The notes under the pieces: model-generated
Databases searched by the model: none
What the model was told of the DNA's origin: nothing
Seen by the model: the letters and a program-made list of their open reading frames with translations, nothing else
Source: Parasitella parasitica NRRL 2501
Lineage: Eukaryota; Fungi; Mucoromycota
DNA: 47,338 nt
Direction of reading: 5' to 3'
Assembly (NCBI GenBank): GCA_025201805.1
Contig: MU619242.1
Location: 8,764-56,101 of the forward strand
Made by a program: the position numbers and the translations under genes
Shown here: positions 12,719 to 23,680 of the stretch, one piece after another
Layout: every line of letters starts with the position of its first letter
Position numbering within the stretch: position 1 is the first letter of the stretch

Positions 12719-13706
12719 TGCCCCTGAATCCAGTTGCTCTTGCCCTCATCCAATCGTGAGTAGCTCAAATTACATTTTTCTTTTTCTTTTTTTTTTTCCT
12801 TTTTTTTTTCTTTCTTTCCTTGATTTCGCTTTTCAAAGCTATCATCAAGCATCTTTTTCCCATCCCGGGCCTTGTAGTAAAAAATCATTCAAAGTGGATA
12901 ACCAAAATCAACAACAAAAGCCTATCAAGTGTGTGGTAGTTGGAGACGGGTAAGCGTTCTTTTCAATCTAGAGTCTATGTTTGTTACTCGAGATGCAGCC
13001 TTCTTTTGGTATGAATGTACGATTGACATGTGTCATAAATCTGTAGTGCAGTTGGAAAGACATGCCTTTTGATATCATACACAACAAACGCCTTTCCCGG
13101 TGAATATGTGCCAACAGTGTAAGAAGAACAATCAAATTCGGGAGAATACAGGTGCTCATTACAATGAAATTAGATTTGACAATTACTCTGCTAATGTCAA
13201 AGTGGATGGGAACCCGATCAACCTAGGGTTATGGGATACGGCAGGACAAGAGGACTACGATAGATTGAGACCGCTCTCCTACCCTCAAACTGATGTTTTT
13301 CTTGTTTGCTTCTCACTTGTGAGTCCTCCTTCATTCGAAAACGTCAAAACAAAGGTAATTTTAAATGCAAGGCTCACGTTGAACGACTGGTTGTATTCAC
13401 AAGTCATCCCCATTATAGTGGCATCCAGAAATCGATCATCATGCCAAAGATAAGCCGATTATTCTGGTAGGAACAAAGTTGGATTTGCGTGAAGACCAGG
13501 ATACTATCAAGAAGCTCCAACACAAAAACATGGCCCCTATAAGCTACCACCAAGGCATAAACATGGCGAAAGATATAGAGGCTGTCAAATATTTAGAGTG
13601 TTCAGCATTAACACAGCAAGGTTTGAAAAGCGTATTTGACGAGGCTATTCGAGTCGTTCTTTGCCCACCTCCTCCTAGGAAGGTCAAAAAATGTGTAATT
13701 TTGTGA
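12718..13706 (+). CDS. RAC1: Rac-type Rho GTPase with N-terminal extension; 5 exons
   Basis: IKCVVVGDG|[24 protein letters not shown]|FDNYSANV...[24 protein letters not shown] and CAAX CVIL. The start is inferred: exon 12718-12755 with a GTGAGT donor at 12756 splices in frame. Confidence 0.9.
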
Positions 13707-15152
13707 TTTAGTCGTTTTTCTCTCTTTCTCTCCTCTCTCTCTCTGTGTTTCTCCTTTATACTATTATGCCCTCTCTTTTCTCTTATATATCCAGCTGTCC
13801 TTGTTTTTGCCTACTTTATTTGTACTCTTTTGTTTCTTTTCAAGACTTTATTACATCATCTCAATTGAATTGCAAAGGAAAGGGAAAACAAAGACAATCA
13901 AATGAATAAACCGATGGCCCCTATATTAAAAACTGTTTTTTTTTTCTCGCACAAAGAAACATCCAATTTGACCAGAAACTTGTTTGCGCTTGCATTAAAC
14001 AAGTTTACTATAGTTGATATTGACTTTCATTATGCCTGGAATCTTTGAGTTGTGCCCGTGCAGTTATGTACCTCTACATGCCATTGTTTTTACAACTTGA
14101 TTCGAACTTTAAAAGTAGTTTGAGAATATCAAAGCATAACCAGCAATTTTCTATGGATATATATATATACATAATCCACTGCTATCGAATAACGACAGTA
14201 GTTCAGAGTAACATTGATATATAGAATGAACTATGATATGAGAATAGTTTACTTGATACACTCAACATTGTTTTGCAGTGCAAATTATTTTGAGTAGTCA
14301 ATAAACATAAAACGTTGCACTGATGGTTGAGACCTGCAAAAACTTGTAAGAATATTTGCCGATACCATATAAAGTTAAAATGGACCAACAGATGTCTTGC
14401 TTTAGTAGGATCATAAGATATATCAGGAGCCTTTATGTTGAGCTAGGGAACCACACATTGCTGCTCAAAACAAGCTATTTCAGGTAGAAAATTTTTCAAC
14501 CACAACTCGGTATGCAGTGCCAAACCTTGCAACACTCATTGTGAACCGCAACTGATTGACAATTATGTTTTAATCCGGTGTTTGATTTACTAATATTGAT
14601 CTGGCTTAACGGCATCCTAGTCTTTGACGGATCTCAAATCAATTGCACTCAGAAAAAAAAAACGCAAGCTGGGCAGTCTTTTGGATGTCCAAGTTCTTTG
14701 GTATGAATGATGAAAGCTTAATCTGTTTTGCGTATATGTTCCAACATTTTTGATAAAATACAAATGAAATCTAAGGCTGCCTGCCAATGTCTTTTTTATC
14801 ATATGGTGCCTGTTTTGCATCGTGTCGTTGAGGGGTTCTCTGGGCTCATCTTTGTGCGTGTTGTATACACCACCTATTGGAATGGCATTGCTATCCAATG
14901 CTTCCTTCCATCTTGGCGTCACAAAGTGACGTGCCACATCTTCTATGGAAAGGTTGGGTAAATATAAAGATGTAATGAGAAAAAAAAAAAGCCAGAGCGC
15001 GCTTCTCTTTCCAAACGTCTAGCATTTCTTTTCTTTTGTACAAAACTTTTTTTTGTTTGTTTTTTTCTTCTTCTTTTCTTTTCAATTGAAGAACGAAGCC
15101 GTATATATTCAAGAGATTTCTCCCAACTTGATTTGTAGAGATTTTTTTTTGC

Positions 15153-18100
15153 ATGGCATTTGAGCAATCTAATCAGTCGCCTCGTAGAACACAGGCACCA
15201 ACAGACCAAAACTCACCACCGGATGTATCTTTGCCACCCATCACATCGGAAGAATGGGAGTATAATCGATACAACTCTGGACCTATGAATAATAGACCGT
15301 ATCCGCCTACTGCTTATCCCAATCAGCAGCAACCGCAACCGCAACCGCAACCGCAACAGCCGCAACAACAACAACAGCAGCAGCAACAGCAACAGCCACA
15401 ACAACAGCAGCAGCAACCGCAACAGCAGCAACCGCAACAGCAGCAACCGCAACAGCAGCAACAGCAGCAGCATCAGCAGCGTCAGCATCCATCGCTATCG
15501 CCACAAGATTATGCAGCTCGCGATAACTATGTCTCGACATATCCTCCAACATCATGGGAGCAGGTAGTACCTTCAAGTGTGGTAACCATGGAGCGAAACT
15601 AATTCCAAATTCTAGAATACTCACCAATATCCTCCCCCTCCAAGAGGATACCCTCAGCCATATCCTCCCCAAGCAAATTCTCCATATAACCCTATTCGCA
15701 GTAACTATCAACAGCCTATGGTGAGTGCATTAAAAATGAGCATTGACTTGATGTAAACAGCTCACTCGTTTCTTGCTTCTTTACCCAGATGCCAGAAACA
15801 CTTTCACCAATGCAGGTAAAACTAGACGATTATCTCTCTCTTTCTCTCTCTCTCACGTTCCATCGTATTAATCATTCATTTTATCTACACAGGATCGTAA
15901 CCAGCCAATTATTTCCCCTGTAATGTCTATATCTCAATTACTGTCGTCGTCGGATAACAATGATCGCAGAACAGTCTACTCGCCCACGGAAATGCCAGCT
16001 CCAGCTCCAGCTCCAGCTTTAGCTCCAGCTTTAGCTCTAGCTCCATCTCCTGCTGCCAGTTATCCTATCGTTGCCAATATTGCGCCTGCTCTTATTGCAC
16101 CAGCTAATCGTCCACCTCCACCTCCACCCCCACCTCCAAGTAACCATCTTTCTCATGCAAACATGCCTCAATCCAATACGATGCTGACAAACAGTATCCC
16201 GCCTTTGCATTTTAATACTTTTGACCCTATTGAACGTAGAAATAATGGCATTCAGAATCTGCTCAATAACGATAACGAGGACAGATATCAGATGGCTGAC
16301 TCAGATACAGATACCGAGGATATCCCTTTGATCAAATCACCCAAAAGCACGACTTTGAATAAGGGCTCTAGTAAAGCAAATAACGGAAAATTGGATGCTT
16401 CAAAGGTAAGCTTTTTATTTTGTATCTTGTTTGTTTGTGAAAAAAAAAAATTGATTGTTTTCGGTATAGAAGAAAATAGGTAATTACTTATAAAGATTGG
16501 AATCCGTGGTGTCTATTATGTATTTACATGTTTTTGCAGTCATCGTACAAAGCGACGATAGCGACTCTTCAGCAGATGATTTAAGTGATATTGAACAGAC
16601 TTCCCAATTAAATCGATCCGCTGCCAAACGTGCTCGTGAAGAGTTGCTCTCTTCTGACGCCGGAGAAGAAGATGACGACGACGAAATTCTTCATACGCAC
16701 AGAGATGAAATGATTAAATTCATGGTTGAAGTTCATCGAAGGAAAAAACGGATCATTGAGAAATTTGAAAAGAAGGAAGCGGTATGAGTTATTTGTGCCT
16801 TTATGATCACGGTCTATTAACCTGTTTTTTTTTTTTTTTTCTTAAAAAAAAAACCAGAGACGACATGCTAGAATGAAAGATCGCATCGAGCAGATTTACT
16901 ATAAGCGATTCGGCACAGCCATGCCAACCAGCAATGTATTTAGTCCTAAATCTAGGCGACCTGGCAGAAAGTACAAACGTCAACACCAAAGAAGCGACGG
17001 TGAGACTACGGACACTGAGGTTCATGTGGATTTAGATGACCACGGCCGTAGAACAACGGGAGAACGCAAGGTGGAAGATGAAAGAAAGAAGATTTGGTTG
17101 ACGATTGCCAGAAAAGACATACCAAGAATGACACGTATTCTGTCTCGCGTGCAAGCAACTCGATCTGGCAACTGTAAAAAGGTTGCTCAATATTGCCAAA
17201 AGGAAGTTCGGCGTGTTGCTACGAACGGTGGCCGTGCTAATCGTGATATGCAGAATAAAGCCAAACGTGCAAGCAAAGAGATGCTGCTATTTTGGAAGAA
17301 GAACGAAAAAGAAGAAAGAGAATTGCGCAAGAAGGCAGAGAAGGAAGCCCTTGATCGACTGAAGCAGGAAGAAGAGCGTAGAGAAGCACAACGTCAAGCT
17401 CGCAAACTGAATTTCTTGATCACTCAGACTGAATTGTATAGTCATTTCATCGGTAGAAAAATCAAACAGGACACGGAAGAAGATGATGAAACAGCTCAGC
17501 CTGCTCCTTCTGGTCTGTCGACACCCCTCGCGCCTATTGATGCCTCGGATGAGCTGGATGCCAGTGCCGGTATTACTCATATAGGCAAAGTTGATTTTGA
17601 TGAGGAGGATGAAGCCGTTCTGAAGGAAAAGGCACGCTTAAGCGCTCAGAATGCTTTGGCAAAGCAGCGTGAACAGACAAGAGAGTTTGATCAAGGTGCT
17701 CGTGAACGACGTATCGCAGCAGGAGATGATGTGGGCACAATGAATCAGATGGCTTTTGATGACATGAACTTCCAAGAGCCTTCCAGTATGGGATCAGGCC
17801 CTGAGGTGTCACAGCCAAATATGCTCATGTGCCAGCTCAAGAGTTATCAACTAAAGGGTCTTAACTGGCTTGCAAATCTGTATGAACAAGGCATCAATGG
17901 TATTCTTGCTGATGAAATGGGTCTGGGAAAGGTAAGATACAAGCGCAGGTCTGCATGCAGGCACTTGATTGAGATTGCTTCAAATAGACTGTCCAATCTA
18001 TATCTCTGTTGGCTTATTTAGCTGAGGTGCACAACATCTGGGGCCCATTCTTGGTGATTGCTCCTGCTTCTACACTCCACAATTGGCAGCAAGAATTTGC

Positions 18101-20644
18101 CAAGTTTGTCCCTCAATTCAGAGTAAGTTTTTTTTTTTTTTTTTTTTTTTNNNNNNNNNNNNNNNATGTCCTTTTGCAGAAATTGGGAATCGTACTTGCT
18201 CACTGTACGGCACGACATAGGCTCTTCCTTATTGGGGCAACCCCAAGGACCGAAAAGTATTGCGTCAGTTTTGGAACAAGAAACAGCTGTACGGGAAAGA
18301 TGCGCCATTCCACATTGTCATTACCAGCTACCAGCTTGTCCTTACGGATGTAACGTATTTCCAACGTGTAAAGTGGCAGTATATGATTTTGGACGAGGCG
18401 CAGGCTATCAAGAGTTCCTCCAGTGCTCGTTGGAAGCAGCTGCTTGGGTTCCACTGTCGTAACCGACTTTTGCTGACTGGTACACCTATCCAAAACAGCA
18501 TGCAGGAATTATGGGCTTTGCTTCACTTTATCATGCCTACACTGTTTGACTCGCACGAGGAGTTCAGTGAGTGGTTCTCCAAGGATATCGAAAGCCATGC
18601 CGAAAACCGTGGATCGCTCAATCAACACCAGCTGAGGCGTTTGCATATGATTTTGAAGCCATTCATGTTGCGTCGTATCAAACGCAACGTCCAGCATGAG
18701 CTGGGAGAAAAGATTGAAGTGGAAGTGTTTTGTGATCTGACAGCAAGACAAAGAGCCTTGTATCGCGGCCTCAAGGAAAAGATCTCGATTTCAGAACTGC
18801 TGGAGAAGGCAACATCATTAGGCGAACTTGAAAATATGGACAGTTTGATGAACTTGGTGATGCAATTCAGAAAGGTGTGCAATCACCCCGAGCTATTCGA
18901 ACGCGCCGATGTCAAATCCCCCATGTCATTCTGTGATTTCAGCGAAACAGGCTCTCTCTCCAAGGAAACGCATTTATATTGCCCGTATTCTGCAACTAGT
19001 CATATCAAATTTCGTATTCCCAAAAAACTCTACAGAAATGGCGGCATTCTTAGAGTAGTGGGTCCTAATTCTAACGCTGGCTACAAAAGAAAACTGCTCG
19101 GCAACACGCTGAGCATTTGGAACACAAGCAGCATTTACAACTCTGAATTCTCAAGCGAACCTAACGCTGCCTTTTCGTTCTTGAGATTCACTGACATGGC
19201 GCCGCAGGAAGCAAGTTATTTGTTCAAAGCAACCCTGCTGGAGAAATGGATGAATTATTTGGCCAGCCGCGATCAGCGCGCCAGAAGACGTCTATACAGC
19301 GATGATCCTCAGTCCGCTGCAAACACGTCTGCACTATTCCTTATTTCAGAAACTAGCAAGCCTACCTCTCCTTTAATGGCTACCCCTGGATCAGCCTTGG
19401 ATGAATTGCTGCATATTTCAGACAAATTTGCCCACAAGACACATGTGTTTGGACAGTGTTACCTGCCAGCCGTAAGTAATAGGCTGTTTCATGTGCCCAT
19501 TTGTACTAACAGCTTTGGCGCTTGCTAGGTGAATTCGGTGCCTGTTGATATTATCTGTGATGATGTCTCGTTTATTCGTGAGAAGCGTGAGTACATGTTT
19601 GACATCAATACAAGATCGTGTCTTTTCGGAACACCCGAATACGTCACCAAGACAATGCCAGAAGAGCAATCCAACCTGGCTGCTGTTGTACAAAAGACGA
19701 ACGCTGGTGTCATGACTGTGCCATCGTCTGGCTTTGGGTTCTCATGGATGAAGGTGCCGTCAATGAAGGATCTCATCCTCGACTCTGGAAAGCTGGCTAC
19801 CTTGGATAAACTGTTGGAACGACTCAAGACAGAGGGGCATCGTTGTTTGGTTTATTTCCAAATGACACGTATGATCGATCTGTTCGAAGAGTACATTGCT
19901 TACAAACAGTATCGTTATCTTCGCTTGGACGGCTCATCCAAGATTTCTGATCGTCGTGACATGGTGCAAGATTGGCAGACAAGATCTGAAATCTTTATCT
20001 TTTTATTGAGTACGCGTGCTGGTGGTTTGGGCATCAATCTAACAGCAGCAGATACCGTCATTTTCTACGACAGTGATTGGAATCCTACTGTTGATCAACA
20101 GGCTATGGATCGTGCCCATCGTCTTGGCCAGACCAAGCAGGTCACTGTGTATCGTCTGATTACAAAGGGTACAATTGAAGAAAGAATCTTGCAAAGAGCC
20201 AAGCAAAAGGACGAGATCCAAAAGGTTGTCATTTCTGGTGGAGAATTCAGACAGGTGGACTTTAAGCCAAGAGAGATTGTATCTCTTCTTTTAGATGATG
20301 AAGGTAAGGAATATGGCGATAAAGAAATAACAGCAAAAAAAAACTCATTGCCTGGTTATGTAGAACTCGATGACAAATTGCAATTACAATTGAAGCGTAA
20401 AGCCGAGGAAGAAGAGCAAAAGAAGGCGGCAAAACCAGTGAAAAAATCAAGGAAACAAACTTTGGCAGCGGAAGGCTCAAAGGAATCCACGCCAGCTCTC
20501 AGTCCTTCAAATGTCGATAGACTATTCAGTGCTGGAGAGGATATCATTAATACAGACGAGGACAGTAATGTCTCAGCCCCTGCCAAGAAGACAAAAGGTG
20601 CAAGAATTGGTCGACCCAGAACCAACTTTTCATTTACTGGTTAG
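15153..20644 (+). CDS. INO80: INO80 chromatin-remodelling ATPase; multi-exon
   Basis: DBINO region ([26 protein letters not shown]), SNF2_N ([33 protein letters not shown]), a long insertion splitting the ATPase, and helicase C ([39 protein letters not shown]). Confidence 0.95.
15324..15485 (+). repeat. CAG/CAA/CCG trinucleotide tract encoding polyQ/QP in INO80 exon 1
   Basis: About 54 codons of mostly Gln with interspersed Pro. Confidence 0.9.
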
Positions 20645-21850
20645 ACTTCTTCATCCAAATCAATACATTTTTCATTATTTTTTGGTCACACCCATAATCG
20701 ATAATACACATGTCTAACTATCTGCTTTTCCAAAATCAAACCTGTATTCTACTTTAAGGACCTGAATTAGTGATTTATTCAAAATAGACATATTAAAAAG
20801 AAGTGTAATAATACCAACTGAAGCGATATATGACGGACGGTTCAGCGACATCAAAAAAAATCTGACACTCAAGTCTTTTCATGCTTACCCAAAATTTCCA
20901 TTTTGGAGCGATGGCCAATCTACTGAAACTCAAGGTTGATGGAATATCTCCCAAGCGCCTTCTGCTCGTTTCATCTACTCGCCTTCTTTGATTTTTATGA
21001 TAATTACTGTAGAAAATAGTTTTCCATGAATTAATTTATAATGCTATTTTGCATCAGCCAAAGAATTCTTTACGATTTCAAAGCATCAACAACAGCAAAT
21101 GGTTTATTTTTCATATGCGTGAATGCCTACTCGTAACAAGAATGTTGGGGGGGGGGGAATGGATATTATTGTTGTAAGTGTAACAATGCAGTGTTCCCGC
21201 AATGTATATCGTCATATGGATCATTGCATATCAAAACAGATCTGAAATGTAGGTTAGTTATTGCGAATAACGTACAAAAGCTTGTAAATCTACTTGTTAT
21301 AATCAACTACAGTTTGTGCAATCACCAAGACATTAAACAGTTTCTGCTTGATAAAAAGATCTGTTTGGCATCAGGACATTTTACGTTCACATATGTGGTA
21401 TTTATGTTGCTTGAGTCGGACGATTGTGGGAAAAATAATCCCAAATCCAGGAGATGTTTATTATCTAATGGAACGCAAAGGCAAAGGCAAAGGCAAAGAG
21501 CACTATTGTTTGTATTCAGATCAAATGATCTCGGAGGTCATGGCAGCCCCACATGAATTGATTTCTACATTGGTAGCGTCTATATCATGTCGAAAATTGT
21601 ATTTTTTATTGATAAAACCCATCCTGCAACCGGGATAGCTGTCGGTTCCGACAATGTTGAATGTCGATGATAAAAAAAAAAGTACGAAAATATATAAAAA
21701 AACAAAAATATCTAACAAATTAGAGTGTGAAATAAAATTGACGATGAGATAAATGGCATTGGAGTAGATACGAAAAAAAAAGAGGGGGGGGGATATGAAA
21801 TGCAGTTTGTTGAAAACATAAACTCACAGGTTTAAAAAATTAGGGGTACT

Positions 21851-23272
21851 TTAGAACTTGAGTTCCTTGGGATGTTCCCAGGTGAATTCATCACGACCGA
21901 AATGACCGTAAGCAGCAGTCTTTTGGTAGATGGGCTTGAAGAGATCAAGCTCCTTGACAATAACACCAGGACGGAGATCAAAGTTGTTACTGATGATGGT
22001 GACTAATTCTGCAGTGGTCTTATCAGAAGTGCCGTAAGTATCAACAAAGATGGAGAGAGGTTCGGCAACACCAATAGCATAAGAAAGTTGGACAAGAGCA
22101 CGACGAGCGAGCTTAGCATTGACCAAAGATTTGGCGATCCAACGAGCAGTGTAAGCAGCAGAACGATCGACCTTGGACCAATCCTTACCAGAGAAAGCAC
22201 CACCACCGTGGGCACCCCAACCACTATAGACAAGTGTTAAAAAACCGAGCATTTTACAATCAGAGATGGAAGGGATTAGAAGCAGAAAAATTTTCAACAT
22301 TCTCAGCAATTTCCAGTCCCATCATCATGAAATTTTTTCGACTTACCCATAGGTATCAACAATGATCTTACGACCGGTCAAACCAGCATCACCTTGAGGA
22401 CCGCCAATGATAAACTTTCCAGAAGGCTGCAAGTGGTAGACGGTATTCACCAAGAGGTTTTCGGGAATAACAGTCTTAATGACATGTTCCATCAAGGCTT
22501 TACGAAGATCTTCAGTTTCAATTTCAGCAGCGTGTTGAACAGAAATAACAACGGTATCGACACGGAGAGGGATCATGGCACCGTTGTCATTTTTGTACTC
22601 AATGGTAACTTGGGTCTTGGAATCAGGACGCAACCAGGGGAGAGTGCCATCACGACGGAGATCAGCCATTTTCTTGTTGAGTTTGTGAGACAGGACAGCA
22701 GTCAAGGGCATCATCTCGGGAGTTTCATCAGTAGCATAACTAGCAAACAAATGTAAATAACAATAAACATAAAACTTGTGCGTCTGTGTAAAAAGACAAA
22801 AATTGTATACATACCCAAACATGATACCTTGATCACCAGCACCAATATCTTCAATGTTGAAAGACTTTTGAACCAAACCTTGGGAGATATCAGGAGATTG
22901 TTGCTCAATAGCAACCAAGACATTACAGGTCTTGTAATCGAAACCCTTTTCGGAATCGTCATAACCAATTTGCTTGATGGCGTTACGGATGATCTTTTGA
23001 TAATCGAGGTTAGCCTTGGTGGTAATTTCACCAAAGACCATGATCATACCAGTCTTGGCAGCAGTTTCACAGGCAACCTTTGACATGGGATCTTGGGCCA
23101 AACAGGCATCCAAAATAGCGTCAGAGACTTGATCACAGATCTTGTCTAATATATGAATAATGCAAAAGATAACAAAACGTTAGATCTTTTCTAAATGGAT
23201 AAGAGATGTCATAATCTTACCAGGGTGGCCTTCGCCAACAGATTCAGAGGTGAAAAGAAAAGTCTCACTCAT
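21851..23272 (-). CDS. SAM2: S-adenosylmethionine synthetase; 4 coding exons
   Basis: [71 protein letters not shown] and AAYGHFGR. Introns at 23146-23220, 22740-22814 and 22224-22346. Confidence 0.97.
22256..22332 (-). ncRNA. Candidate intronic box C/D RNA (snoRNA or K-turn-capped hairpin) in SAM synthetase intron 3
   Basis: Minus strand carries box C ATGATGA (22328-22322), D' CTGA, C'-like ATGTTGA and box D CTGA (22263-22260). The intron is 123 nt, longer than its neighbours. Confidence 0.5.
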
Positions 23273-23402
23273 TTCAGTACAATTAAACAGAAGAAAAGGG
23301 TATGAAGAAGAACAAAGTTTTTGGGCAGTGTAGCAACCTATTTATTCATTTTTTTTTTTGATTTTTTTTTTTCACTTTTCTGATTGAAGCCACTCAATTT
23401 AT

Positions 23403-23680
23403 CCAATCAACCATCTTGGATATGGCGAATAAAGCCAATCATGTTTCCGTAAAGATTTAATCGCGACATCCTCAATCAAATTCGTTAATCTTGTCTTTCC
23501 AACAAACAATCATAAAATCGCCTCAAGACAGCTTGATTAAAGGGTACCATGACTACAAGTAGATCCGTTAACGTTGCATGGCAACGTAATTTTATAGTTG
23601 TTTTTGAAATTTATCATTGATTTAATGTTCAAAGCAAATAGTAGTAATGATTTTAATCTATATCCTTGCCAATCATGTTT
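23403..23680. promoter_or_regulatory. Cluster of CCAAT boxes upstream of SAM synthetase
   Basis: CCAATCA at 23403 and an identical 13-mer GCCAATCATGTTT at 23434 and 23668. Confidence 0.4.

Noticed and set aside
15213-15711. Poly-Leu and poly-Ala/Val ORFs on the minus strand
   Set aside because: Antisense shadows of the INO80 CAG repeat.
21475-21498. (GCAAAG)4 hexamer repeat
   Set aside because: Ordinary short microsatellite in intergenic DNA.
22270-22325. SAM-I riboswitch resemblance (GGGACUGG, CUAAUCC in intron 3; CUCUUAUCCA in intron 1)
   Set aside because: The fragments are short and in different introns. The P1 AUC/GAU pairing, the GGCCC closure and the P3 GCAAC core are missing.
20650-23272. 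METTL16 UACAGARAA motif in the SAM synthetase transcript
   Set aside because: Not found at any 3' splice site or in the 3'UTR by eye.
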